Notes under the pieces: generated by a model | The model's database searches: none | What the model was told of the DNA's origin: nothing | What the model saw: the letters and a program-made list of their open reading frames with translations, nothing else | Source: Octopus vulgaris | Lineage: Eukaryota | Direction of reading: 5' to 3' | DNA: 64,000 nt | NCBI GenBank assembly: GCA_951406725.2 | Contig: OX597823.1 | Span: 13,516,001 to 13,580,000, forward strand | Translations under genes and position numbers: made by a program | Part shown: positions 13,733 to 26,148 of the stretch, piece after piece | Layout: each line of letters opens with the position of its first letter | Numbering within the stretch: position 1 is the stretch's first letter

Positions 13733-13930
13733 AGGCGGTGAGCTGGCTGAACCGTTAGCACGCCGGGCGAAATGCTTACTGATATTTCGTCTGTCTTTAC
13801 GTTCTGATGTCGACTTTGCCTTTCATCAATTCTGGGTCGATAAATTAAGTACCAGTTGCGTACTGGGCTCGATCTAATTGACTGGCCCCTTCCCCCAAAA
13901 TTTCGGGCTTTGTGCCTGGAGCAAAAAAGA
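13733..13930 (+). mobile_element. SINE family A monomer (tail type 2) with TSD
   Basis: GGCGGTGAGCTGGCTGAACCGTTAGCACGCC head; flanked by AATGATCTCATGAAT / AATGATTCCATGAAT. Confidence 0.9.
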
Positions 13931-15663
13931 ATGATTCCATGAATTTCTATGTCAGCTAGAAGGAAAAAGCATCTAAACGAAAAACCCTCCAGATGCACAA
14001 AAAAACATTTTAATTCTAACATTTTATTTAACGTATGTAACAAAACTAACTCTGCAGTGAGGAGCTGACGTTCCTAACTCTGATTTTACCCTCTCGGTAA
14101 TTCAGAATGAGTGCTCCTTCTAGCACTTTTGTATTGAAAACGATCTCGACAAGATATGTGCATTATCACAAAATCTTCAGTCAGTTGAAAGCTAAGGCTC
14201 TTGATAAAATGTGAGACTGATAGAAGTGAAGGAAAGAAAACAACAAAATTCAATATTCTGAGGCTGGTCGATCGCCATAACAACAATGAGAGCTAGAACT
14301 CGATTTTGACAGATTCTGATATGTTTCACATTCAAAACCATATTCTATTTTTTGGTCTTCCTGCACCTAACTGCTTGTTCACTTAATTTCAATTTCGGTA
14401 AGTAGAAGTTCTAAAAATGGTTAGAAATCTCAACCTTTCTTTAAAATAGCAAAACAAATATTCTACTTTACCAACTTTACCAAACAATCAACATACCAAC
14501 TAGCACTCACAGACTTGACATTTATTACAGTGAAATCAGCAATATTGTGTTAAACGGCATAGCATTACCAAATATTTTGAAGTCCATCACCTAATTTGTT
14601 AATAGTACATCAACTTTATTTATATTCTGACAGAAACACTTTTGACAGATTACTTATAATGATATAACCTCTTTCCATAATATAGCAATTCTAGGGTCTG
14701 TAAATATTGTGAGAGCATTTGTACAGAGAATATATTGAACGTAAATATTTAAATGGCATTTTTCCTAGCGGTGATTAATAGTTCTTGTGGTTTGTCTTCA
14801 AATCGTAAAGAATAAATCATTAATACTTTCTTGAGCAACAGATGACTGAAAATCAGTCATTAATATCCTGATGTATAATAGATTTTCCAGGAACATATAC
14901 CAGACGTACATTTGGGACATTATGGGAGGACTATTACTATAACCATGTAAAGAATAGTTATTAAAGAACTAAACCTTCGAACCTTGAATGCTTTCAGATT
15001 TGATTTTATTAATAATTTTCTAAGCTTTATTTCTGAAAATAGAATTATGTTTCAGTGACTTCGATAAAATTTATGAAAAATATTAAATCTAAGTCAAAGT
15101 ATGTACATGCCAACTTGTCTAGATTACGCTGTTTCTTTAGCATTCATAATGTTGTCCCATATTGAACCGTGTTTCTATTATTCATCTTCATTAGAATTAA
15201 CTTTTCAAAATCTGCCTTTCAATGCTTGAATATGTTAGACAAAAGTACGTTGGGGAAAAAAGCTTTCTAAGGCCGGATGCTCTTCCTGATGGCAACCCGC
15301 ACATATTTCCAAACGAGATAATAATATTTCCTTCTATCGACAACAAATATCCCGAACATGTTTACTAAGAGGACTGACAGCAAAAGATGTCAATGAATAA
15401 ACCTTTTGTTTTAGAAATCACGCAACATGTTAAGACATGGCAAGATGTCTGTATGTACTTTCGCGGTAGACTGCAACGGAATTTCACTCTGTCGACGCCA
15501 TCAGTAAGCCACTGTTTACGAGTAGCAAACACGTGAAAACAAGGAAAATGCAAAATCACTCACGTAAACAAGCATGCGCATATACATGCATAAATACATA
15601 ACTCGGTGAACTGGAATTATATAATTTTCAGTTACAATGAATTTAAAATTACATTACACTTAC

Positions 15664-15767
15664 GTGATGAGCTCTGTAATTTGTCGCTTCCTGGTGAATC
15701 AACAGAGAATTCCAATCGTCCCGGGGCTGTAATAGACAACTGTCGAATATGTCACAGGGATTTCAAT
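15664..15767 (-). pseudogene. Exon relic (104 nt, phase 2 to 1)
   Basis: Acceptor ttagtttttcag, donor CAC|gtaagt; reads LKSL*HIRQLSITAPGRLEFSVDSPGSDKLQSSS. Confidence 0.6.
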
Positions 15768-16581
15768 CTGAAAAACTAAATTAAATACTTCTCCACTGTT
15801 TTGTTGCGTTTTCCGTTGCTTCTTAAATCATTTATATGTCTTTTTCTGACATATTCTATTGAACAGCTTAATCATAGGCAAAAGTACTTCATGAATCTCC
15901 AATATGAAACATATATTCCTTATACAGAGAAAATTGTCAGATTTATGGAGGAATAAGATAATAACATATGATATTTATACAATAAATAAAGTGAAGCAGA
16001 TGTAATCTACAATGAAAACTTCATTCATATACTAAATAAGTGTGCGTTTACAATGTTTCTATAAAGCTGACTTATGCAATGTTTGTCCTTGCCAATGAAT
16101 GGTGACAATAGGAAAATCCAAATGTTTTGTGATCCTTTAAAATTTTTTCCAATCACAAGAAAGAAAAATTTCTGTGTATGAGTCTTTTTTTTTTATCTCA
16201 TTCTCCCATAGCCCATTTTCACAGTCACAGTTTATGCAAATAATTTTCTATAAATATTATCGAAATATGGAATCCAATGGTACGAAAGAGGCAATCTATT
16301 CTATTGAAATATATATATAACATATCGTGCAACTAGAATCATGAACAGTAATTTAATGGCGATATTTCCTGTATCAAAAGGAAGTTAAAATGAATAATTT
16401 TAGGTTTTGGTGAAACAATCTTAGCCTATTTAATTATGCATGCATCTATCAACACACATCCACACGTCTATCTATCTATATATCTATCTGAGGACATCAG
16501 CAAATCAACACTCATCATAAAGCGTTGAGGAAAATATACATGGGCACTGTTTCCATCTGCCAATTTCACTCACAGGATATT

Positions 16582-16784
16582 CTCTAGGCATAAGGCCCGA
16601 AGTTTTAGGGAAGAGGGCCAGTCGATTAGATCGACCCCACTGCGCAACTGGTACTAAATTTATCGACCCTTAAAGTATGAAAGGCAAAGTCGACCCCGCA
16701 GAATTTGTACGCAGAACGTAAAGACAGAAGAAATACGGCTACGCATTGCGCCCGGCGTGCTAACGTTTCTGACAGCTCGCCGCC
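16582..16784 (-). mobile_element. SINE family A nested in an older family B copy (about 16540-16900)
   Basis: 18-bp TSD TTTCACTCACA(G/A)GATATT at 16564-16581 and 16785-16802. Confidence 0.9.
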
Positions 16785-17327
16785 TTTCACTCACAAGATA
16801 TTGGACCGGCCCTAATTTACAGTAAGAGACAGTTTCCTAAGTGACTACACAATGGGACTGAACTTGAAAACAAGTGGTTTTGAAGTGAACATCTCAGATA
16901 CACGCGCGCGCGTGTGTGTGGCTGCGTACACTTTTGCAGACATCAGTTTCTTGGCAGACAAGTAATTGAGTAAAAAAAAAAGACTGCGTCAATAGTGAAA
17001 TAATCATGAACTTGATTATAAACTATTACCTGTGAAGGTAATAGATTCTTGTACTTATCTCTTATCAGCGGTGCAGTGGCCACGTAACTACAAATTTCTA
17101 TGAAAGTCTAGAAATACAGGTGATTCTCAAGAAAGAATAATGTAAACTGATTAGTTTCCTCCAAATGCGACGTATTAATGTACAGTGAAGGATTTCTGAA
17201 ACATTCCTTGCAGACATTCTTCATTTGCGTTTCCTGGATTGATTACATGTATTCCACAGTACCATTCACTCATATATTTGACGATGAAACACTCATATGT
17301 ATATATATATATATATATATATAAAAC

Positions 17328-17472
17328 CACCTTTTATCAATTCAAAATGAACAATTAAATTACACCATCTAGAAAATTTCATATAATAGAAATATTACAA
17401 TTAAAATAATAATAAAATATCAATGATTAAGATGGTGTAATTTAATTGTTCATTTTGAATTGATAAAAGGTG
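17328..17472. repeat. Perfect 43-bp inverted repeat between (TA)n arrays
   Basis: 17328-17370 is the exact reverse complement of 17430-17472. Confidence 0.9.
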
Positions 17473-17482
17473 TTTTTTCTAA

Positions 17483-17558
<76 letters not shown>

Positions 17559-17630
17559 CGTGTAAAATTTGATTTAGTATTTCTAAATTGAATTTTTTTC
17601 CCTGTAAGTTTGGATATATATTCCCTCAAA

Positions 17631-17706
<76 letters not shown>

Positions 17707-18829
17707 TGTATGTATGTATAATAACAAGACACGCACTTAGATTTACGCTAACAACTGGCTTATATATTCGCAAATCACAGTTGGTGTCCGGTTTGAATTT
17801 ACAGGTATGAGACAAATACGTAAATAACACCCAAAGGAGAACGTACAACCATATGCGTATATGTGTGTCATTTTGTTTCTGCTTTGTATATATGCATGAA
17901 AATATATAGATGCATAGATATATATTTATTATACATCTGTGTTTTATCCTCTACTGTCGGATTTATTCTTTGTTACCGTGTTGCTCTATTTTTTCACGTT
18001 TTCCAGTTTTTCTTTATTTCAATCTTTCCTATCCTTCCCTTAGCATCTCATTATCTCTTCATTTCTCATCCCTTTATTTTCACTAATTTGTTCTCTCTTT
18101 CTCTTTCTCTCTCTCGCTCGCTCGCTCTCTCTCCTCTCTCTCTCTCTTTATATACATATGTGTGTGTGTGTGTGTGTATATGTGAGTGTATGCGTGTATG
18201 TATATGTATCCGTATATGTGTGTATGTATACTGGAAGTTTCTAGGTGCTGACAAAAAGACCATTGTGAGAAATAGAACAAAATGTCACGTAATAAAATTA
18301 CATTTTCAAAATGTCTAGAATAATGAACGTGGGTTTGATAACAGGGAATAGGGAAATTTATTTCAATGAAACTGTAACCATTTGACAAACATGAAGATCT
18401 GAGTGTTTATGAAACTGAGAGCAATAAGATAAGTCATTGGCAACCACATATTACAGAAAACCATACGTTCTATGTTTTAACTACATTTTCATTGAAGAAA
18501 ATTACTGTATCACACACATATTATCCATAATCGTTTGTTATGTATGTAGGAGAAAGAGAGAGAGGGGGAGTGTGTGTGTGAGTGATTGAGAGAGTGAGAG
18601 TGAAAGAGAGAGAGAGAAAGAGAAATGAATATGCATTTATGCAAAAATCTAAAAAATATTCAGTTTCATTCTGTAAGCGAAAGATAAGTTTAATTATATA
18701 AGGGAAATAAATCGCGGCATTTAGCTATCTTTACAGTCAGGTAAAATGAATCATTTTATTGCAAGTTCTCTGAATATTTAATCATACATAATATATTGTT
18801 GCCAGAATCAGTAATTTGAAAACATATAC

Positions 18830-18963
18830 CTACAATTTGAGGGCATAAGACTCTCATACAACTCTGTTCGTTTAAACCATGAATCCATAGCATATATGAA
18901 ACATGTGAATATTTTCGTTCACTAAGATTCCGCATTTCTAAAGTTCTTCGACAAAGATTATAT
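18830..18963 (-). pseudogene. Exon relic (134 nt, phase 2 to 1, fully open)
   Basis: Acceptor tttttattcag, donor TAG|gtatat; YNLCRRTLEMRNLSERKYSHVSYMLWIHGLNEQSCMRVLCPQIV. Confidence 0.55.
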
Positions 18964-19048
18964 CTGAATAAAAACGTTCGATCACACGGGTTCATTTAAT
19001 GTTACTTAGGGGCAGTCTGACAGTCCTGAGAATTGTGATTTCATTAAC

Positions 19049-19113
<65 letters not shown>

Positions 19114-19218
19114 CTTGATTATAATCACCCCATTTTGAATTATATGAATAATACCATACTAAATTCTGGTGCCTTTAACTTAAGTACCATATTCAACTGA
19201 ATCTAAATTTTTACTGAA

Positions 19219-19262
<44 letters not shown>

Positions 19263-19329
19263 TAAATAAAATAAAACATATGCATATATATATAAACATA
19301 TATGTACGTACCTACCTCTACATGTACAT

Positions 19330-19650
19330 ATACACGCATATATGAGTACAGGACACCAAAAGGACGTCGAACACAATGAGAAACGAAAACATAGACACAA
19401 ACCAAAGGAACTGGACATTTCTTTTTAAAACAGCAAAAAAATAGAGTACAGGACAATTAACACAAAGAAAAAAAACCCTTCTTCAGTCTCTAAAGGTTTC
19501 ATCTACTCTACGTTTCGAAGGATAAAAGCGAGACGTATCTTCGACAAGAAACTTTCCTTTCTGCGTAAAGCAAATCAATTAAAATTCTGAGATCTTTTCG
19601 CAGAGGGGTAAAAAATGGTAACAAAAGCAGGACAGTAACGACAGTACAAA
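19330..19650 (-). mobile_element. (TA)n-associated interspersed repeat (PLE-like terminal fragment)
   Basis: Homologous copy at 49690-49992 on + (CTGAAGAAGGG..TTTTCGTTTCTC.TTGTGTTC.ACG..GTCCTG.AC.CATAT). Confidence 0.65.
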
Positions 19651-19712
19651 TTATATATATATACATATTTGATACTTCAGGTATGAAATCCGCTCTCTGA
19701 AATATCGGATTA

Positions 19713-20056
19713 CAGTAATCCCTCGTTATATCGCGGTTCACCTATCGCTGTTTATTATTTAAGCTTACGTCGATTCCTCTGTGGTGTTGTTTTGCATTTA
19801 TAATAAAATAAATATATACAAATTGTAAAAGTAATAATAATAAAATGTATCGCGGTTCACCTATCGCGGTTTATTATTTAAGCTTACGTCGATTCCTCTG
19901 TGGTGTTGTTTTGCATTTATAATAAAATAAATATATACAAATTGTAAAAGTAATAATAATAAAATGTACAGTACAATACCGTTTCTGCTTTGCGGATTTT
20001 CACTTATCGCGGTGGGGTTTTGAAACGTAGCACCTGCGATAGTCGAAGGATTACTG
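19713..20056. mobile_element. Tigger/pogo-like MITE with internal 119-bp tandem duplication
   Basis: TIRs CAGTAATCCCTCG / CGAAGGATTACTG, TA on the left; units start at 19729 and 19848. Confidence 0.8.
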
Positions 20057-20937
20057 GACACCGAAATAAGGACTTAGCTGTAAACAATAAGCAAACAGAC
20101 TCCAAGTACACCTCAGATAATATATATACTTATATATATACTTATTTGTTTACACCCTTGCGCCATCATATGGACAAATAGAGATCTCTGTTGGACAGAA
20201 TCACACCGACACACATAGTCACCAATATTATATATTCGCATAAAAGAACCCTATGAGAGAGAACGTGGCCTGTTGGATATAGCAGCCAAATCTCTCACAA
20301 ATGGAACATAGCTAGCTTTAAAAATAAACTGACTATATCAATTAATAAGATCTGTGATTACTTTCACAAAAATATCCGCTGCTCATGACTGGAATATAGT
20401 GAATCAAAAAGTTCCTCTCGTTGAGGACTGACCTCGGGATAGATAACAACTAACTCTAGCACGCATGTTCTCGTGTATATATGTATGCGTGTGTTTGTGT
20501 GTTTGTGTGTGTGCATGCATGTGTGTATGTGTGTGAGCCTAAATACGTAGATGCATAGGGGAACAGCGTGACATACACACATGCTTAAGCACAAACATTA
20601 AAAATACACACATTGTAAATATACACTCGTACAAAAATACACACATCGTAGCAATTAATGAAGATGGCGATGCTAGCAAAAAAATCCGTGAGGATTGTAG
20701 CATATGAAAAGCTTCATAAATATTCATAAATATTTATTATACAACACTTCGTATGTATATACACACTCAGGCACATTACAATTCTCTAGAATCCGTATAA
20801 TTACGCCTGGCGTCCATCTTTTATATTAGACACTTAATGTCTATATCTATATATCCATCTTTCTCTTGCACGCTTCTCTCTCTCCCACACTCCTCTCTCT
20901 CTCTTTCTCTTTCTATTTTCTCTGTCTGCCAACATAT

Positions 20938-21063
<126 letters not shown>

Positions 21064-21524
21064 GTATGTGTGTATGTATGTATGCATATATATATATATA
21101 CATATATATGTATAACTATTTTCTATCTATATCTCTCTTAGTTTTACGTGCATGACGGTCTCTGGCTCAGTCTATAAAAGTACACACACACACACATACG
21201 CACACACACATACATACATACACACACACACACTCTCAGATACACTACACATATGACTTTTCAGATATATTTATGTACGCACGCACGCACAAATTACCAG
21301 ACTCTCACGGATGCGTGTATACGTGGAAGCGTACCTGTACGTGAGTTTCTTTTCGTGCGTGTGTATGTACGTGTAAATGTTTGGGTGAGTGTGCGCGTGA
21401 GTGTGTGTGTGTGAGGCTTTGGCCGGCCCGAGGCTATAGTAGAGAAACACCTGCCCATTTGGAAATGGCAGCCGTATACATTATCGTGTATGAGCGTCCA
21501 CATGTGTGTGCGTGCGAGTGTGCA

Positions 21525-21566
<42 letters not shown>

Positions 21567-22009
21567 GTATTAACATTTATGAAATCTAAAATCTCGTGAG
21601 GATCCCGCGACGCTTCGTGATATAACACACGATAACAATATAAAGCACGCATAGATTTCTAAAATAACATTTAGTTTGTATCGTAATCGTATTGTAAAAT
21701 ATATTACATATCAAAGATACGCACACACACGGATTACTTATACGCTATTCTAATATATTTGTATTCAATATATTCGTAACCTAGGTTAATTCTATGTCAA
21801 TGTCAATCATATATATTATGTTATAATGTATACGCGACCATTTCCAAATTTCCAAAGTTCCATTCGATATATGTGTGTGTTTGTATATGGTCCCGGGTTC
21901 ATTCCCACTGCGTGCACCTTGGGTAAATGTCTAAAAATCAATTTCAGCTCAACTACTAATTTTAAAAATATAATCGTATACACATTACAAGAAAACACAA
22001 TATGAAACC

Positions 22010-22425
22010 AGCTGTTTATGCTCGCTAAATGGAGCTTGCATGTCCGAGACCATCATTTATGAAGCCACCATGGACTCTACATCCATTAAGGACACGGTTT
22101 CCACGAAGAAATATGTGGGCCTTACAGAGGGTAATTTCAATGCCAGGTTCAATAATCACACCTTGAGCTTCAGGCATTGAGACAAAGGGAAAACTACCAA
22201 ATTATCCAGTCATATATGGTCCTTAAAAGATAAAGGTGTCAGTTACAACATCCATTGGAAGATCTTAACCAAATGTAAGCCCTAAACCAAAGGCAGTGGA
22301 AAGTGCAGTCTTTCTGATATGGAAAGATGGCTCATCTGGAAAAGCAGGTTAGACACCGCAACATGTCTGAATTCAAAAACTGAACTTTTTGGATCATACC
22401 CATAAGTGGCTAAATATTTGTTACG
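22010..22425 (+). mobile_element. Penelope-like element GIY-YIG endonuclease remnant (3 stops)
   Basis: CLCSLNGACMSETIIYEAT..KKYVGLTEGNFNARFNNHTLSFRH*..TKLSSHIWSLKDKG..IHWKIL..GKCSL..E..I..LNSKTELF, i.e. IIY..YVG, R..H and terminal LN..E pattern of PLE endonucleases. Confidence 0.8.
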
Positions 22426-22544
22426 TTTTTTGTCACCCCGAGATTACAGAAAGGCCTTGCTTTCTATATTGTGTCCATGTTCAAGCTTTTTATCTCTCAA
22501 TACTTTTTACTTATATTTCTAATATATTTTTATACATATTTATG

Positions 22545-22584
<40 letters not shown>

Positions 22585-22919
22585 CATATTTATAGTGATA
22601 TTGTTTTACAGGTTTATTGCTCATGTATTTACTTTAAACACATTTTTTTCTGTATTCTACCTTCCACCCTGCATTTTCCCTTGCGTGCATAGACGTGTAT
22701 ATGGAATCTTTTGTGAGCGCGTGTGAATGTGTGCCTGTGTGCGGGTATCTGCGTATATAGACGTGTTTTACTCATTGCTTATTTTTACATATTTTTTTAC
22801 AACATTTTCTTGTATTTTGCCTTTAGCCCTTTTTTTTCTTGTGCATGTGCGTATATAGACGTGTGTATGAAACTATATATATATATATATACATTCATAC
22901 ATATATATACATACACACA

Positions 22920-23019
<100 letters not shown>

Positions 23020-23520
23020 CCAATAACTAGAATATGCATGTTTGGATCTTGTATACGTTTCTTATCAACAGAAAATAGCTTAGGAGTAGTATTCGATTCG
23101 TAATTAACGTTACTTGCATTGGAAGTATTCACAAGGAATGTTTGTTCCCCATGCGTAGGTTATACAAGATTAGAAAATTTCTCAATAAAAGGAAAATGTT
23201 TAAAAATCACCTGATTTATTGTTTTATAATATGTTTTGGGGATTATTTGGGTGATATTTTTAATTAGAATTAGCAAAACGTAACTGAAAATCTGACACAT
23301 CGTTCAAATTAATAATCCGCCGGCATTAATTGACTGAATTTTTTGGGATACCAAACTATTTTTGAATAAAATTCAAAATATTTGCCATTGTTCATAAGTG
23401 TGTCTAAGTCTGTGCTAAATTTATCTTTATTATTTCTTTATGACTCCCGCTGCTTTTTTTACAAAAAAGTCAAAGATCTGATTTTACGATAATACTTTGC
23501 ACATTTCTCATTATTTCTCA

Positions 23521-23951
23521 TTTAGTGAATATTTTTAAATATATCACCCCGTGCTCCCGGAATTCATTGCCCAACCCTTATGAAAAATATTATCTAATAA
23601 TATGTAAACCTACGATATACAAACATGCTAAATTTACCTATTTCTTCTTGTAGAGGGAAAAACTTTAGTGAATATTTTTAAATATATCACCCCGTGCTCC
23701 CGGAATTCATTGCCCAACCCTTATGAAAAATATTATCTAATAATATGTAAACCTACGATATACAAACATGCTAAATTTACCTATTTCTTCTTGTAGAGGG
23801 AAAAACTTTAGTGAATATTTTTAAATATATCACCCCGTGCTCCCGGAATTCATTGCCCAACCCTTATGAAAAATATTATCTAATAATATGTGAACCTACG
23901 ATATACAAACATGCTAAATTTACCTATTTCTTCTTGTAGAGGGAAAAACTT
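23521..23951. repeat. Tandem triplication, 3 x 143 bp
   Basis: Units start at 23521, 23664 and 23807; one substitution seen. Confidence 0.95.
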
Positions 23952-24207
23952 ATATACAAACTTAATCTAATTTCTAAACATATTGGGATCCTCTCTGAGG
24001 TTTCTACATCACTTGACCAAATTCAAAGTAAGCATATAACCACTCGGTTTATAAACTAATTAAATCCAATATCTTCAGAGAACTGAAGCAATTAACTTGC
24101 ATAATTAATTTGCAGGTAACTGTGAACAGGATGCATTTTTTCTGAGTACCATACGATATATTTATTTATCGTAACCGTTGACTCTATCGAATATTCCTAC
24201 GATTTTC

Positions 24208-24268
<61 letters not shown>

Positions 24269-24307
24269 TAGATAGATAGATAGATACATAGATAGATACA
24301 TAGATAC

Positions 24308-24382
<75 letters not shown>

Positions 24383-24383
24383 T

Positions 24384-24421
<38 letters not shown>

Positions 24422-24897
24422 TACTTGTGCCTTTTCAGAATTTGATTAATAATGCGTGCGTGCGTGTGTGTATATGCGAGTGTGTGTGTGTGTGTATGTG
24501 TGTGTATGTATAAGGCTATTTCTGTAAAGCGTAAGCCTACAATCTGTATTCGATACTTGGAGATATGTTTTTGTGTGACAGATGCACTGGAAGATTTTGT
24601 TGAGAATCTCAAAAGAATATTTCAAAAATAAGTCTGTCATCACCTTCGTTATCTAAAACAATAGCTTTAAATTCTGGCGATGTAATAAACTCAGTTTCTA
24701 GATGTAGATAGAGATATAAAATCAGAAAATATATAGCGTCGATTAAAAACTGAAGTCACACGTAAATGTCTGGAGACAGTGTTCGTACACACATCTAAAA
24801 TGTCTTGGTAAAATTACTATCTAAAAGAGCATTTAGTTTTTATTTTACAAACGAAGGCTCTCAAGTTCAATTCGGGACTCAGAACCTGTGTAACTTC

Positions 24898-25203
24898 CTT
24901 GTTGTTGTTCGCTCCTTCTGGAGCCATACCTGACTCATAAGGGCTGGTTTCATTGACGTATAGGTTTCCCACTTGGACGGGACGCCGGCCCGTCAGAGGT
25001 GAGCTGCTAGATGCAGGAAGGAAGTGTAAGAGGAAGTTGTGGCGAAAGACTCAGCAGACGTTCGCCGTTACCAAACTGCCGGAGCCACTTGGAACGTAGG
25101 TATTACGCTCATAAACACAAACGCATCGCCCTGTGTGAAATTTGAACCCGCGATCCCTCGACCGCGTGTCCCCTGGTCTAACCACTAGGCCATGTGCCTC
25201 CAC
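24898..25203 (-). mobile_element. tRNA-derived SINE (family C head, different tail)
   Basis: Minus: GTGGAGGCACATGGCCTAGTGGTTAG..GGGTTCAAAT..; tail CGTCCCGTCCAAGTGGG..(AAC)n. Confidence 0.8.
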
Positions 25204-25276
25204 GTAATAAATTGTATTCATACTTCAAAGAATCAGACTCACAGCACACTTGTTCAGAATAAACGTCTTACATTGG

Positions 25277-25850
25277 TGGCGAGCTGGAAGAAACGCTAGC
25301 ACGCCGGGCGAAATGCTTAGCAGTATTTCGTCTGCCGCTACGTTCTGAGTCCAAATTCCCCCGAGGTCGACTTTGCCTTTCATCTTTTCGGGGTCGATTA
25401 AATAAGTACCAGTTGTGCACTGGGGTCGATGTAATCGACTCAATCCGTTTGTCTGTCCTTGTTTGTCCCCCCTGCGTTTAGACCCTTGTGGGCAATAAAG
25501 AAATAGATATTTCGTCTGTCTTTACTTTCTGAGTTCAAATTTCGCCGAGGTAGACTTTGCCTTTCATCCTTTCGGGGTCGATTAAATAAGTACCAATTAC
25601 GCACTGGGGTCGATATAATCGACTGAATCAGTTTGTCTGTCCTCTCTGTGTTTAGCCTTGTGGGTAGTAAAGAAATAGGTATTTCTTCTGTCTTTACTTT
25701 TCGTTCTGAGTTCAAATTCCGCCGAGGTCCACTTTGCCTTTCATCCTGTCGGGGTCGACAACATAAGCATAAGTTACGTACTGGGTTCGATCTAATCGAT
25801 GGACCCCTCCTCCAAAATCTGAGCCTAGTGCCTAGATTAGCAAAAAGAAT
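25277..25850 (+). mobile_element. SINE family A trimer
   Basis: Full head unit plus two headless units joined at AAAGAAATAG(A/G)TATTTC; last unit has tail type 2. Confidence 0.9.
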
Positions 25851-26070
25851 AAACCCCTTAAGCTTATTCCACAAAGAATTTGCATTTTGATATATAAGTG
25901 TATAGAATACTCACTTTCTTACATTTTAATTCTATCAGCAAATAATCTAATTCTATGTTTAGAACAACAGGAATATTCACCACGGAGGATCCATCTACTT
26001 TTAATTATTACTTTTAGTTTAAGAAAATGCTTGCAAATCTTTCAGTGTTCCATTTAGTGATTCCTTTGAA

Positions 26071-26148
26071 TCATCAGACAAATATCCAATGGATATTTGC
26101 TCATCAGACAAATATCCAATGGATATTTGCTCATCAGACAAATATCCA
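26071..26148. repeat. 30-bp tandem repeat (2.6 copies) with internal palindrome
   Basis: Unit TCATCAGACAAATATCCAATGGATATTTGC. Confidence 0.95.

Noticed and set aside
14052-18414. Zona pellucida (ZP) domain identity for the relic gene
   Set aside because: The resemblance depends on choosing frames with many stops; alternative frames are equally or more open
19476-19556. Permuted (type II) hammerhead GAAACGUA..CUGAAGA
   Set aside because: Stem I does not pair and the second copy near 49.8 kb does not conserve it
26071-26148. Tandem hammerheads (CUGAUGA plus hairpin on minus)
   Set aside because: No GAAA or stem III follows; better explained as a fold-back duplication
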